In this document: in pieces, positions 46,801 to 57,599 of the stretch
Position numbering within the stretch: the first letter of the stretch is position 1
How the letters are laid out: every line of letters starts with the position of its first letter
NCBI GenBank assembly: GCA_965637545.1
Contig: OZ281496.1
Span: 28,830,001 to 28,894,000, forward strand
Reading direction: 5' to 3'
From: Phallusia mammillata
Lineage: Eukaryota
Length of the DNA: 64,000 bases
Made by a program: the position numbers and the translations under genes
The notes under the pieces: model-generated
Databases searched by the model: none
Told to the model about the DNA's origin: nothing
What the model saw: only the letters and a program-made list of their open reading frames with translations

Positions 46801-49800
46801 TGTTTGGTGGTACAGCATTAGGAAGAGCTTCGAACTATGCCCCGGATTATGCCAAAGCCAAAACCTCAGCAGCTCGCATCTTTAAACTTCTGGATCGAAT
46901 CCCACCAATTGATTCTTACAGCCCGGATGGAGACCAATGGGTGAGTCTGCCGAACTTATTAAATACAAATTTACGTGAATAAAATACTTTATGTAAAAAC
47001 CATAGTTTGCATTATGACTCTATGACAATGAGTAAAAAAGCCCTGGGATAGACAGTGAAAAACGTTTTCAACATTGATTTGATCTTAAATGGGTTTAAAC
47101 ATGATATGGTTTAATCGAAAAGTAAGGAAATCATGTTTGTAATGCGGGACTTGTGTGTTAAAGACACGCGTAAATAAATTGTAGTGCATTTCTACTAACA
47201 ATGCTCCTGAGGTCGTTTTATCATTTGCTATATGTATATCTAAACTACATGTTCTATAATAAGTATTGTTTCTTTGCAGAGCAACTTCTGCGGGGACATC
47301 GTGTTCAAAGACTGCCTTTTCACTTACCCGACGCGTCCCGACATAACAGTTCTAAGAGGCTTGAACGTCTCCATCAAACCTGGTCAGACTTTGGCGCTGG
47401 TGGGACAGAGCGGGTGCGGTAAAAGTACCAGCGTTCAGCTACTGGAGCGGTTTTACGATCCGGACGAAGGTCAAGTGGTAAGACCAATTGTGATTTTTTT
47501 TTAGTTTTCTTTAGTATTGTATAAAACATCAAGCCAATAAATTATCCCACTTTATCTGTGCGATACCTTAACTCGGCATAAACCACAGAGGAAACTGTCT
47601 CACAATAGACAAGCAACTGCTGGGGGAACCAAAGTGGCTCAGTGTCACGGTATTAATGCAAAAGTATGGAGCCAATAAATGATAAGAAGACAGTGCACAC
47701 TGTTTCGACCTATAAGGTCTCTTATATTCGCTCGATGCTTCTACAATGATACTATGACACTGAATCGACTTTACTTTGGTTCCCAAGCAGTTACTTGGTC
47801 ACTATTTTTTATTTGTTTAGCATTTATTCAGAGACGAAGTGTTGTGTATTTAATTGTTATATATTTTGTTGGTTTAAGGCAGTTTGCAAGTTGCCTATAA
47901 TGAAATGAAACTTCACAGGGTTGTATATTGGCGTATGTTTTATTTTAAACCTTTGTTATTTGTTCAGTTTGTGGACGGTCATGATACCAAGCAAACCAAC
48001 GTCTCATTTCTACGAAGCAAAATCGGAATCGTATCGCAGGAACCGGTTCTTTTTGGTGGATCGGTGCGCGATAATATCGTGTATGGCGATAATTCCCGTA
48101 TCGTTCCAGAGGAAGACGTAGAGAGAGCAGCAAAGCTCGCCAACATGCATGAGTTCATTCTTGCTTTGAAAGATGTAAGTCACGCTGCAATTTTACAAAA
48201 AATATTTCTTTAATTGAGTTCCTACTGGTGCTATTGAGTATGTCGGAGTAACCAAAAGATTACTCACGTATTCATTTGTTACCAATTGAAATGTCTGTGT
48301 TGTCTGCTTGATTTATCAAATTTACAAAGATATTCTTTCCTTTTAATATTGCCCTTGAGGAAAATCTGGTTCAGCTTTATGGCATAAGCTTTGCACAATA
48401 CAATGTTCCATGTCTAAGCGTTCGTCGTTTACGACAAATCTGAAATTGCAACGACTTGATTCTTTTGTAACAAGTAATAAGAACACCGGTTATTCTTATG
48501 AATAAAACTGGACGTTTTTTGGATTTTTGTTTATATACAATATAACAGCATGAAGAGAGAAATATTCTATCAAACGTTTTAATCTCAGGGTTATGAGACG
48601 AGTGTTGGTGACAAAGGCGACCAGTTATCAAGAGGGCAGAAGCAGAGGGTTGCTATAGCAAGAGCTCTCGTAAGAAATCCGAGGATTCTTCTTCTTGATG
48701 AAGCTACTTCCGCTCTTGACACAGGTAATATTGCAACAAAAACAAATTCGTATTATTTCGATGTTTGTATTTCTTTGAAAATGCGCAATGCTGCAAACTT
48801 TCCATATCTAAGTTGCAATGTATATTGAATTATTGTGTACAGCCGTTAACGCGCTAAAATGATTTGTAGTTAGGGTCGTTTTTTGGCCCTAAAATATATG
48901 GCCGGTCCACAATTTTGGGGCACTTTACATATACCTTGTATCCTAACTGTCCAAATGCTACACTAGTAATGCCGCTAAACCAGTATGTTAAATAAGCTTT
49001 CTAATCTGTCTTATCTTGTTGGTTTGGGGTCGGGTTCATGCTAAAGATATAAGACCGATTTGCAACACTGTACACTAGTAGGCTATAACCATTGAAACAG
49101 TGTGTTAGTTGTGTTTACCAATCTAGTTAACATTCTAACTTTGTACCCTAATTATCCAGATGGTTCACTAGTATTACTGCTAAACCAGTGTGTTAACTCA
49201 GTTTTCTAATCTTGTTGGCTTAAAGTCGGGATTTTGCTAAAGATACAGGGACTGTACACTAGTATAGACATTAAAACAGTGTGTTAGTTCTGCTTTCCAA
49301 TCTAGTTAACATTAAAATCTTGTATAATATTGTTTAGAGAGTGAGCAGATTGTGCAGGAAGCCTTGGACCGGGCGAGAGAGGGACGTACTTGTGTCGTCA
49401 TCGCACACAGACTTTCAACAATCCGCAACGCTGACAAAATCGCCGTGATATCACAAGGTAATATAATACTCACTCAGGGGTTCTTAACCTGGCGTACACC
49501 AAAGCAGGGAGTTTGAAATAGGGTTTCAACACAAAGGCTCTTTTGGCTTTTAGGGAAAGTTTTAGTATGGATAATATACACATTATTGAATAATATACAC
49601 CGAACCCCATTGGTTATGTAAAAAGCAGTAAAATTAAATTGAAGGATTCCTGTCAGTTTATACTTTTTTTTTGACAGTGTTAAGGGGTTCTAGCACCGAA
49701 ATGATTAAAAACCACTTTACGTTAAATGACCTTTTACCGACCCTACTAAAATATAGATTGTGCCTTCAATGCGTGTATGATGAAGTGCTTTTGTTGTTTT

Positions 49801-50247
49801 TCCAGTGGTAGCTCAATGTAGAGCTCCTATAGTATAGTGTTAGGTTAAGTAATACATTTTGTCGCGTATTATTAGTTTTTGTTTAAAATGCAAATACATT
49901 TGAGAGCTGTTAGATACATTGTAATGTCAAAACGTATGCCTCCATTGGCTTTTGTTCCTTAACCTAAATAGCGGAAAAGTCAAGTTGGCCCATGAGGCAT
50001 GTCTTGGGACTGTATTGTTTGTCGAAACAGTTGAATTTTGTTCTAATTCCAGACTGCAGCAGGTTGTTATCAACTGACACACTTGTCAAATCGTCTCTGT
50101 CACTTTGAAATGTTTAAGAATTGTGAATTATAACTTATGCATTTTGCTTGTTTAGGCCAAGTGATTGAACAAGGAACCCACGAGGAACTTATGGATTTGG
50201 AAGCAGCTTATTACAAGCTTATCACTACCAACGCTTCCCTAAGTTGA
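31837..50247 (+). CDS. ABCB11: Full-length ABCB transporter, ABCB11/BSEP-like, about 32 coding exons
   Basis: TMD-NBD-TMD-NBD order is continuous across exons. NBD1: [26 protein letters not shown]2: [33 protein letters not shown]-type rather than P-gp-type diagnostics (recalled sequences): LSRG signature, non-E Walker B in NBD1, [38 protein letters not shown]-terminus AYYKLITT. The three N-terminal exons (31837-31936, 32394-32455, 33417-33466) are inferred from frame continuity and are less certain. Confidence 0.82.
36506..36549 (+). pseudogene. Degenerate duplicate of the start of the next ABCB exon (36691-36824), with an in-frame TGA
   Basis: TTAG|GTTGGAAACTGAGCTCTCGCCTCAACGAGACAGACT versus the true TTAG|GTTGGAAACTGGGTGCTTGCCTCAACGAGACAGACT; TGG changed to TGA at 36515-36517; flanking intron pieces are also duplicated. 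Confidence 0.8.
43390..43570. promoter_or_regulatory. Cluster of CRE-like TGACGTCA palindromes in an ABCB intron
   Basis: Perfect TGACGTCA at 43390, 43477, 43498 and 43545, plus TACGTCA at ~43528 and ~43564, within a decayed tandem repeat. Function not shown. Confidence 0.4.
45744..45954. mobile_element. hAT-type MITE (211 bp) in an ABCB intron
   Basis: Terminal inverted repeats CAGTGGTTCCTAACC / GGTTGGGAACCACTG; 8-bp target-site duplication CTGTATTG (45736-45743, 45955-45962). Confidence 0.9.
48955..49325. repeat. ~190-bp tandem duplication in an ABCB intron
   Basis: GCTAAACCAGT.TGTTAA...TCTTGTTGG...GCTAAAGATA...ACTGTACACTAGTA...AAACAGTGTGTTAGTT...CCAATCTAGTTAACATT is present twice. Confidence 0.75.
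49475..49717. mobile_element. Decayed hAT-type MITE (same terminal-repeat family as 23115); further partial ends at 14486 and 25728
   Basis: Left end CAGGGGTTCTTAACC; degenerate right end ATTAAAAACCACTT; target-site duplication not recognisable. Confidence 0.5.
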
Positions 50248-51785
50248 GCTGATGTACAGGGTTCAAAACTACCTAAATATTTTATCCTGCGTCCCGCCAT
50301 AAAAGCAGGAAACTGCCGACTGACAGGAACAACTTTTATTATATGTAAGTGCCAATGGAAATTGAAAACGGCACCGACCAACTCTCACAATGTGTGGATT
50401 TTGTTTTGCTTTACACTTCACAGTTTTGTGTGTGTTTTGTTTCTGCAAGCCTTTTATAAATTTCCTTGAAATGTTTTAATATAAGATTGTCTCGACTAAA
50501 GCATTTAAATGTACAAAACAATAAAGGTAATTATATAAACTTTTTTTTACTCTTTTTTTTGGTATTCGGAAATAGAAAAATACATTTTTTTCTTCCCTAA
50601 ATTGGGGCCAATATTTATGTCGATAATTTATCTAAGGCCATTGTTTCTGTGTATTACACATTGTGTGTTATTCACGCAACGTCTTGTATGTGTGTGCGTG
50701 TGTGTGTTTAAAGTATCACTGTTTTTATTGTTGTATCAACTAATTATTTGTTATCCTATTTTTATTTTATTTTTTTAATTCCTTAATCTTCGTTTAATTC
50801 CTTGTTCTGTGAGATAATGTTATCGTACGTGACATTAAAAGTTGACAAATTAGTACCAATGATAATTTGATAAGTTTAAGTCGGATACATCATTATTATT
50901 GGAAAAGTTTAAATTGTTTGACCCTAAACTTGACGTTTATGGACACTGAAAATCCTCATTTTCCAGTGCTAAGAAATTCAAATCACACCTTTCATAATTA
51001 AATATATACTGGGTAAAATGCCTGAAAAAAAATTATATTTGATGTTTTATATTTCGCAAAGCTAAAAACGGGAGCAGGATTACGTTGATTTTTTAATAGT
51101 CATGTTTTCGATTCCGATTTAAACGGATAAGCGGTGTCCAGTAGTAGGCCGTAGACGTCTAGAACGCTTTTAAAATCGCAACGTTTCGGGACAACGGTTC
51201 GTTCCGGTATGAAACACTGGTAGCAACAACCTTGCAATCTGTAAAAGATTTAGCATTATGTTAGAAAGTTTGCCAGGTAAAGCGTCGTCATGGAAATTTC
51301 TCCAGTATATGTTACCAACTGTTATAACATTGTATGCTTTTTTGAAACAAAAAAGGAAATATCCTTTCAATTTCAAACAATCTGCTATTGTTTGCAACGC
51401 TCCAGTTCGGCTTTCGTCACTTCCACTAACAGCCACAAAGTTGTGAAAGGCACGGTTGACGTTGTGACGTCATGCAGGTTTCCTGCCTGTTTCGACGAGT
51501 CAGACCATGGGTTTATGACGTCAAATTCGTAGTTTCAATAAGATTTTCGACTGTAGACCTATTAGGTTTAGTTTTCAAGGTTTTGTTTAATTGCAGTTTA
51601 GCTCAAGCAGATTTTGGAATTGAAGTTGGTCCCACAGTCACAATCACCAAGTTACTTGACCTGGATTGGACCACCATACAAAGTTATATTCTCGAAACAA
51701 ACTCGAATCAGAATTTTATTAGCGAAGATATAAAGATAGCCTGATAGTAAAACAAAACAGTCAGATATAGCAAGGTAAAAACGGT

Positions 51786-54416
51786 ATGATGTTGTTCGTA
51801 AGCTGTTTGAAAATCTGCTTCACATTGGTGACCATCTTACGAATTGTCGAAGCACTGGAAGGTAACTGCTCTACATATTTTGTGGTCAAACAATTTCAAA
51901 TTCATGAGTGTAATAAAATTTAACAAAACTAAACCGAAGCTGTCTTATATTAGCCACATGCGACACAAAACTGTCGGATTTGAAACACTCTATCACAAAA
52001 GTAATTTGTCCCGGCGGCTGTTGGATGCAACATTCAGATTTATGTGGGACTGACGACTACGCCAGAGGTCCTCTGTGTCTTGCTGCGATGCACACTGGAC
52101 TGATTGACAGTAAGTCGATTTTAACTTGTAAATTAGTACATGTTTCGCGCATATTGCCACTAACAGGCATTTGTTGGCGTTTAACAAGTTTAATGGCTGT
52201 CCAACTTTGAAGTACGATTGGTTCGCGTGGTACTCCATCCAATAACAAATGACGTTTAATAAACCAAACATCTCAAAGCAATCAATAAATGCAATAATGC
52301 TCATCAATAAATACAATAATGCTTTTTCGTGTTCAAACTGAAAGTTTTTGTCAAAAAGATTTTTTTTATTCTGAATAGCCAAGCACACCTGATGTTTGAC
52401 ACAGTTTATAGAAGCAACTGTTGTAGATAACGTTGTTGCAATTATCATGTTTAGAAGAGGGAGGATATTTTGAGGTGTTTCAAAGCAATCCATTACCGAA
52501 GTACACAGGCACGACAAGATACGGCGTGACCAGCGAATCATGCGGTTCTGCTATATTCACTTACTCATTTCAAAGTATGACGCGGTCGTTTATTGCTCAG
52601 CCAATCTGAAAAACTATAACTCACTTCTTATGTGTAGTGAAATGCAGCACAAAGGGAAATTCTGAATTTTCAGTGACTGATGTTGATTGTCCTTCCGGTT
52701 GTCGTCCTAACTACGTGTGTGGGACAAATTTCTACAACAGCAATTCGTCTGTATGTGCAGCTGCTATGCACGCTGGGATTTTGAAAGGTCTGGTTCATTT
52801 GGCTTGCCTATAATAACACAACATCTAGAAAAATGCTGTTTTTTTGCAGAAAACGGAGGAGCGGTTACATTTTATTCTGATGAGAAACAAACATCTTATG
52901 TTGGTTCAACAAAAAACGGCGTTTCCAGTCAGTCATGCAACAATTTCCTAAGATCCTTTTCATTTACCAGTAAGTGTGTTAACCTGGCCTAATTTGCTTG
53001 TTCTTTTAGTATAACTTTTCAGGAAACAACGATTGTTTTCGGAATTGTCAAAACGAAGGTAAATGCTTGTCAGGAATTAATGCTGAGTTTTGCTCTTGTG
53101 CGAGTGGAACAGAGGGAGATGATTGTAGAACTGGTGAGAGAAACCTTACATCGAGCCTAGGTTGAAATATACAGCACAGCACACTTGTTACCTACGTATT
53201 ACTGTTTTAGACATCAACGAATGTACACGTGGAACACACAACTGTCATCAACACGCAACTTGTACCAACACGTTGGGTAGTTTCCAATGTTCTTGCAACG
53301 CAAACTACACAGGAAATGGAACTCAGTGTGGTAAGCTAAATTGCAAAACATAAAAGTTTGTTTATAACGTTAAAATCCGCACCACATTCCCTGTTGTGTG
53401 AATTGTTAGGACTTACAAGTTTGACAATTTTCAGAGCCCAACTTTTGCTTTGCTAACGTCGATCTCTGCAAAAATAACGGAATTTGCTTGGACACAAAAA
53501 CAGCATACAACTGCTCTTGTGATGTTTTTCATCAAGGAAAGCATTGTGAGCAAGGTATTTCGAAAGATTTGTGAGAATCTAAAATCCAGATGATTTTTTA
53601 GTAATTATAATATTTGTTTTAGAGATTGACCACATAATTATGACCACAGCAAGGAATTGGGCAAACGCAAGAAAATATTGCCAGTCAATTGGTGGAGATT
53701 TGGCGACCTGGGGAATGAGAAACGCAACTGTTCGCAAGTATGTATTACAGGTTTAGCTTTAAGCATTCGGACGTGGGCTCAATATAAGACTTTTTACCAA
53801 TAATGTTTTCTTTTAAACATTTAAAACCATTTGCCAATCCTTCAACACTTTTTGTATGAGATCCATTTTTTAGTTGAAAAATGGCAGAAAATAGATGCTT
53901 TGTCGTAACCTTTACTTAGTGTTGTATAATTTAAAACTCCTCAACCTGAATGAATCAACACTACTGTCCATTGAGCCTCATCAACAACTCAGATAAATCA
54001 AAATTTAGTTGCCACGAAATGTGTTTAATTGTATGCCAAGCACCATATCGTTGATTTTGTTTGTTGCTGTAAGTGTAACCTTATTATGACCACAAGCAAT
54101 TTGCATTGTGGCTCTGACAAACAAGTAGGCTTATAAGAAACCACTATATTCAAGCTCGATCATTGAAAATGTGCTGCGCCCCGGTCCACCATCAGGTTAC
54201 TGGATTGGCATGTCTGACCTCGACCAAGAAGGAGTTTGGAAATATGTTGATGGCGTTGCTGTTACAACCAAAAATACCGATTTTTCATCCGGCCAACCTG
54301 ACGACTACGGTTCAGCACAAGATTGTGCATGGTTGTATCTAAAATTTAACTACAAGATGGACGATGGTTGGTGTACACGATATGAACTCGCCATCTGTGA
54401 GAGAATCTTGAACTAG
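51786..54416 (+). CDS. Secreted LCCL-LCCL-EGF-cbEGF-EGF-C-type lectin, copy A (10 exons, 449 aa)
   Basis: Exons 51786-51861, 51954-52109, 52455-52574, 52638-52787, 52850-52969, 53023-53133, 53211-53330, 53435-53554, 53623-53737, 54155-54416 give an open 1350-nt frame. Signal peptide MMLFVSCLKICFTLVTILRIVEA; LCCL motifs CPGGC..CGT..Y..LCLAAMHTG..GG and CPSGC..VCGT..Y..SSVCAAAMHAG..GG..NGVSS; DINEC calcium-binding EGF; lectin domain with WIG, QPD and MDD. No TM segment. Confidence 0.9.
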
Positions 54417-55164
54417 TAGCAGCAAACCATGCATTTGTTTTGAACATTTTATTTGTTAGCCTCTACCAAATATCATTTTGTGTAAAGTTGCTGAAGTGAC
54501 ATAAAAAAAATTAACACATATATTTGTAACTGCATTTTAATCGGTGTTTTGTGCTTTTGCTTTTTTTTGTATAATCATCGATGATCAATATGTGCAAGTA
54601 AAATTTTCTACATAGTTTTTTTCCTGTGCACTGTTTTGATTGGCTAGTGTTGCGGTCAAAAACTTCGGGAGAAAATACAGACTATGTTCCGAAGACAAAC
54701 GCGTTTCGTGTTTCGGGTAATGGATTTTGGGCAAAATATCCACAAAAAATGAGGTACCAAGTAGTGAATGCTGCAGTGTTTCTCCTTGTTTAATTTTTGA
54801 TTTTATTCCCAGCAGTTTGGAACATCTTGATTTGCCATGGCAGTATAAAGCGAAGCTATTAAAACAGAATATTCACTGTCAAAGAGTTATCTAAAAACAG
54901 ATCAGCGGCGTCACAAGGTACTCACATTACATGTGTGTATAGTTATAGTGCATGTGTATGTAGTGCCTCGTAGCACTGTTAAAGCGAACTTCTGGTTGTC
55001 ATTATTGCTCTTTTTAAGAAAATTCTGGTTTGTCATTCTCATTATTTTTAAAAAAATTATCAACTCTTCAATTTTTTTGCTAGCGTTTCAAAACTTTAAA
55101 ATATCTTCAGTCTTTCTATTTGCACCATTGACTTGCAAACCATCTTGCTGTGTCAATAATGCTT

Positions 55165-55330
55165 ACATTGAAGGCGCCACACCGAATCAGCCGGTCACCA
55201 GGCGTTCACCACCATATGGCAATGCGTAGGCTAAAAAAATCTAGCCCTCGGTGGGATTCGAACCCATGACAGGAGTTTTTCCGGGACTTGCGTCATACCA
55301 ACTGAGCGACGCAGGCTCAGTGGAGAATCC
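55165..55330 (-). mobile_element. tRNA-derived SINE; head at 55243-55316
   Basis: Minus strand GCCTGCGTCGCTCAGTTGGTATGACGC...GGGTTCGAATCCCACCGAGGGC has A-box, B-box and a partial acceptor stem, but no valid anticodon arm. It is followed by a body shared with copies at ~55405-55590, ~61812-62010 and ~22258-22355. Confidence 0.75.
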
Positions 55331-56769
55331 GCCGAAAGTCGAATCACAAGCACCGTTGCCTGCCTCGTATGCTGCACATGTCAACTTTGTAATATGGGAT
55401 CGCAAGATTGACCAGTATCGGTTAATATGAACATAAATTCATAACTGGGACCAGCCCTGAAGCGTCAATATGACACTCACATATACCAATCACAGTACGC
55501 CAGGCCGATTGAAGGCGTTATACCGAATCAGCCGGTCACCAAGCATTCACCACCATATGGCAAGGCTAGCCTGCGGTGGGTTTGGGTACCTATTGTTAAT
55601 ATTCGTCATTTTTATGTTACTTTTACCTAGCTGCTCTTAAAAGTGTTGGTCATGAAAACACTGATCAGATGCTTGGAAGCACAATTAATTACATGCAGCC
55701 AAACCGGCAACCTTTGACCCAATTGGCCTTCCAGCAGACTTTTTTCTTACGTTTTAGCTGCAGGCAGGAGATCTGCCAAAGGTGCTCACTCAGTTCCAAC
55801 TTACATTCATTTGTTCCGCAGTGACCCAGAGAGCTGTAGTAACCTCTTTAGTGTGTTGAAAGGTTATGTTTGCTGATGTTTTTAGATAGTTCGTTTTTAT
55901 CTACCCAGTAAGCTGCTATAACTACTTATCTGTACATACTTAATCTACCTTCGGGCGTTGTAGTCCTAATGTAACCCTGGATATTATGTTTCTACATACG
56001 CTGCAACTTACTGTTGTGATAAGGTTCTGTAGTCTGATGAAATGATGTATGTAATGTTTCTGTTCCCTGCAAGCTGTTCTGTTTGGATATGGAAACGGAT
56101 GTTATTTAAAGCAATCTAAAACTAAAAGTAAGAAATGTAAAATAAAATTGTACTTAAAAGTAGGTTAGAAACTATATCCTTGGTATTTACAACTAAATGG
56201 AATAGGCTACTTGTATTTATAAAACGTTAATGGAGTCGTGTAAACTAAATAATTTGGTGTTATTTAGGATATTGATTTCATAAACAATACTGAGTCGATT
56301 GACTGGTTAACACGTCGTTGTTTTGTTTTTGTAACATTTTTCAAGCAGTAGATTTCTTTTTTGCGGTTAATCGCCTTAGCTTACACCCAAATTTATTTTC
56401 AGTTTATGGGTTTAAATATAAGTAATGTGCACAAACAGACATTTTTTCATACTTACAAATTAGATAAAAAGTTTTTTGGTGCAAAGTGCATAGCCTGTTT
56501 GGTAGCTTGTCTTTGAGTATAGCGTTTTTAATATACATTACGAATTGTGGGTTCGAATTGCTTGTGTTTTTTTATGCACTTGATGGCGCTGCAAATTGAT
56601 TTAAAAGTCGCGGTTGAAGCTTGAAATAAGAAACACGGGTTAATTATATGGCAAAAAATAGTGGGATTGAATACATGGAGTCTGCATTTCACCTAAATAT
56701 AATAAACCTTTAGAACTCTAGTTACGTATGTTAGCAGGACACGAATATGCCAATTTAACGCTCGGGTCA

Positions 56770-56862
56770 GTTTGTGCAACTGCTCGGCCGAGCACCGAGC
56801 ATTAAAAACAGCGATGCTCGATACCGAGTACTCGGGTTCTAGCTCGGCTCGGCCTATCCCTA
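56770..56862. mobile_element. Probable terminal fragment of a non-autonomous DNA element
   Basis: Dense GCTCGG/CCGAGC repeats ending CTCGGCCTATCCCTA, in the unique spacer between the lectin copies; partner end not found. Confidence 0.4.
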
Positions 56863-57599
56863 TTAACTTTGTAACATGGTTTTATGTATTATTTCATGGT
56901 GAAAGTATTAGGTAATGCCATGCTAGAGGTCACCTCGGTTGTTGCTTGGCAACTAGAAGGCTACTTGCCTGATACTTACATTATTTTTGCTGCAAACGTT
57001 ATATGTGCACATATTTATTTGAGACAAGGTTGTCTGGAGCCAATTTTGCCTGGCCCAAAATTGCTACATTTGAAAAAGTGGAAACCCAGAAATACACAAC
57101 ACTGGGCGCACGAATTGCTTATTAGCTACTCCTCCGCAAACAACCTCTTGACTAAGCTGTTCTCAACGGAACTAGTCATTATGTCACCACCATAATGGCT
57201 ACCTAAGAGGCTATTTGCAATCAGCTTATTGCTTGCATGCATGTGATAAGCTAACATGTAGTGTTGTTCAATTCGAAACGCTAAGATAGAAATATTTTGT
57301 GACATTGTGTGCACGCTAACGGCACACAGCTTGTTTAATTAGAATGTATATTAGCAAGGCACCGGCAAAATTGCTTCATTAGTTAGGTAAAAAGCTTTAA
57401 AGTACATGATCAAAGTGTGATTTTATAACAGTGCTTTGATTGATAGGTAATAATATTGTCATTTTGACGTTTGCGAAACCTATTTTATTTGTTATTGCAG
57501 CAAAGTAATAAATGAAAGTACTTTACAAAATTATTCAATGTATTAACTGCATGTCTTTAGAACAGCTGTGATAACCGCACCTGAAACTTGAATTGCATA

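Noticed and set aside
31837-50247. Calling the transporter ABCB1/P-glycoprotein
   Set aside because: LSRG signature, non-Glu Walker B, DCxFTYP, YGDN, the first extracellular loop and the C-terminus all fit ABCB11 better; a phylogeny is still needed.
51472-51744. 90-aa ORF upstream of lectin A
   Set aside because: No motifs; it overlaps the probable promoter and 5'UTR.
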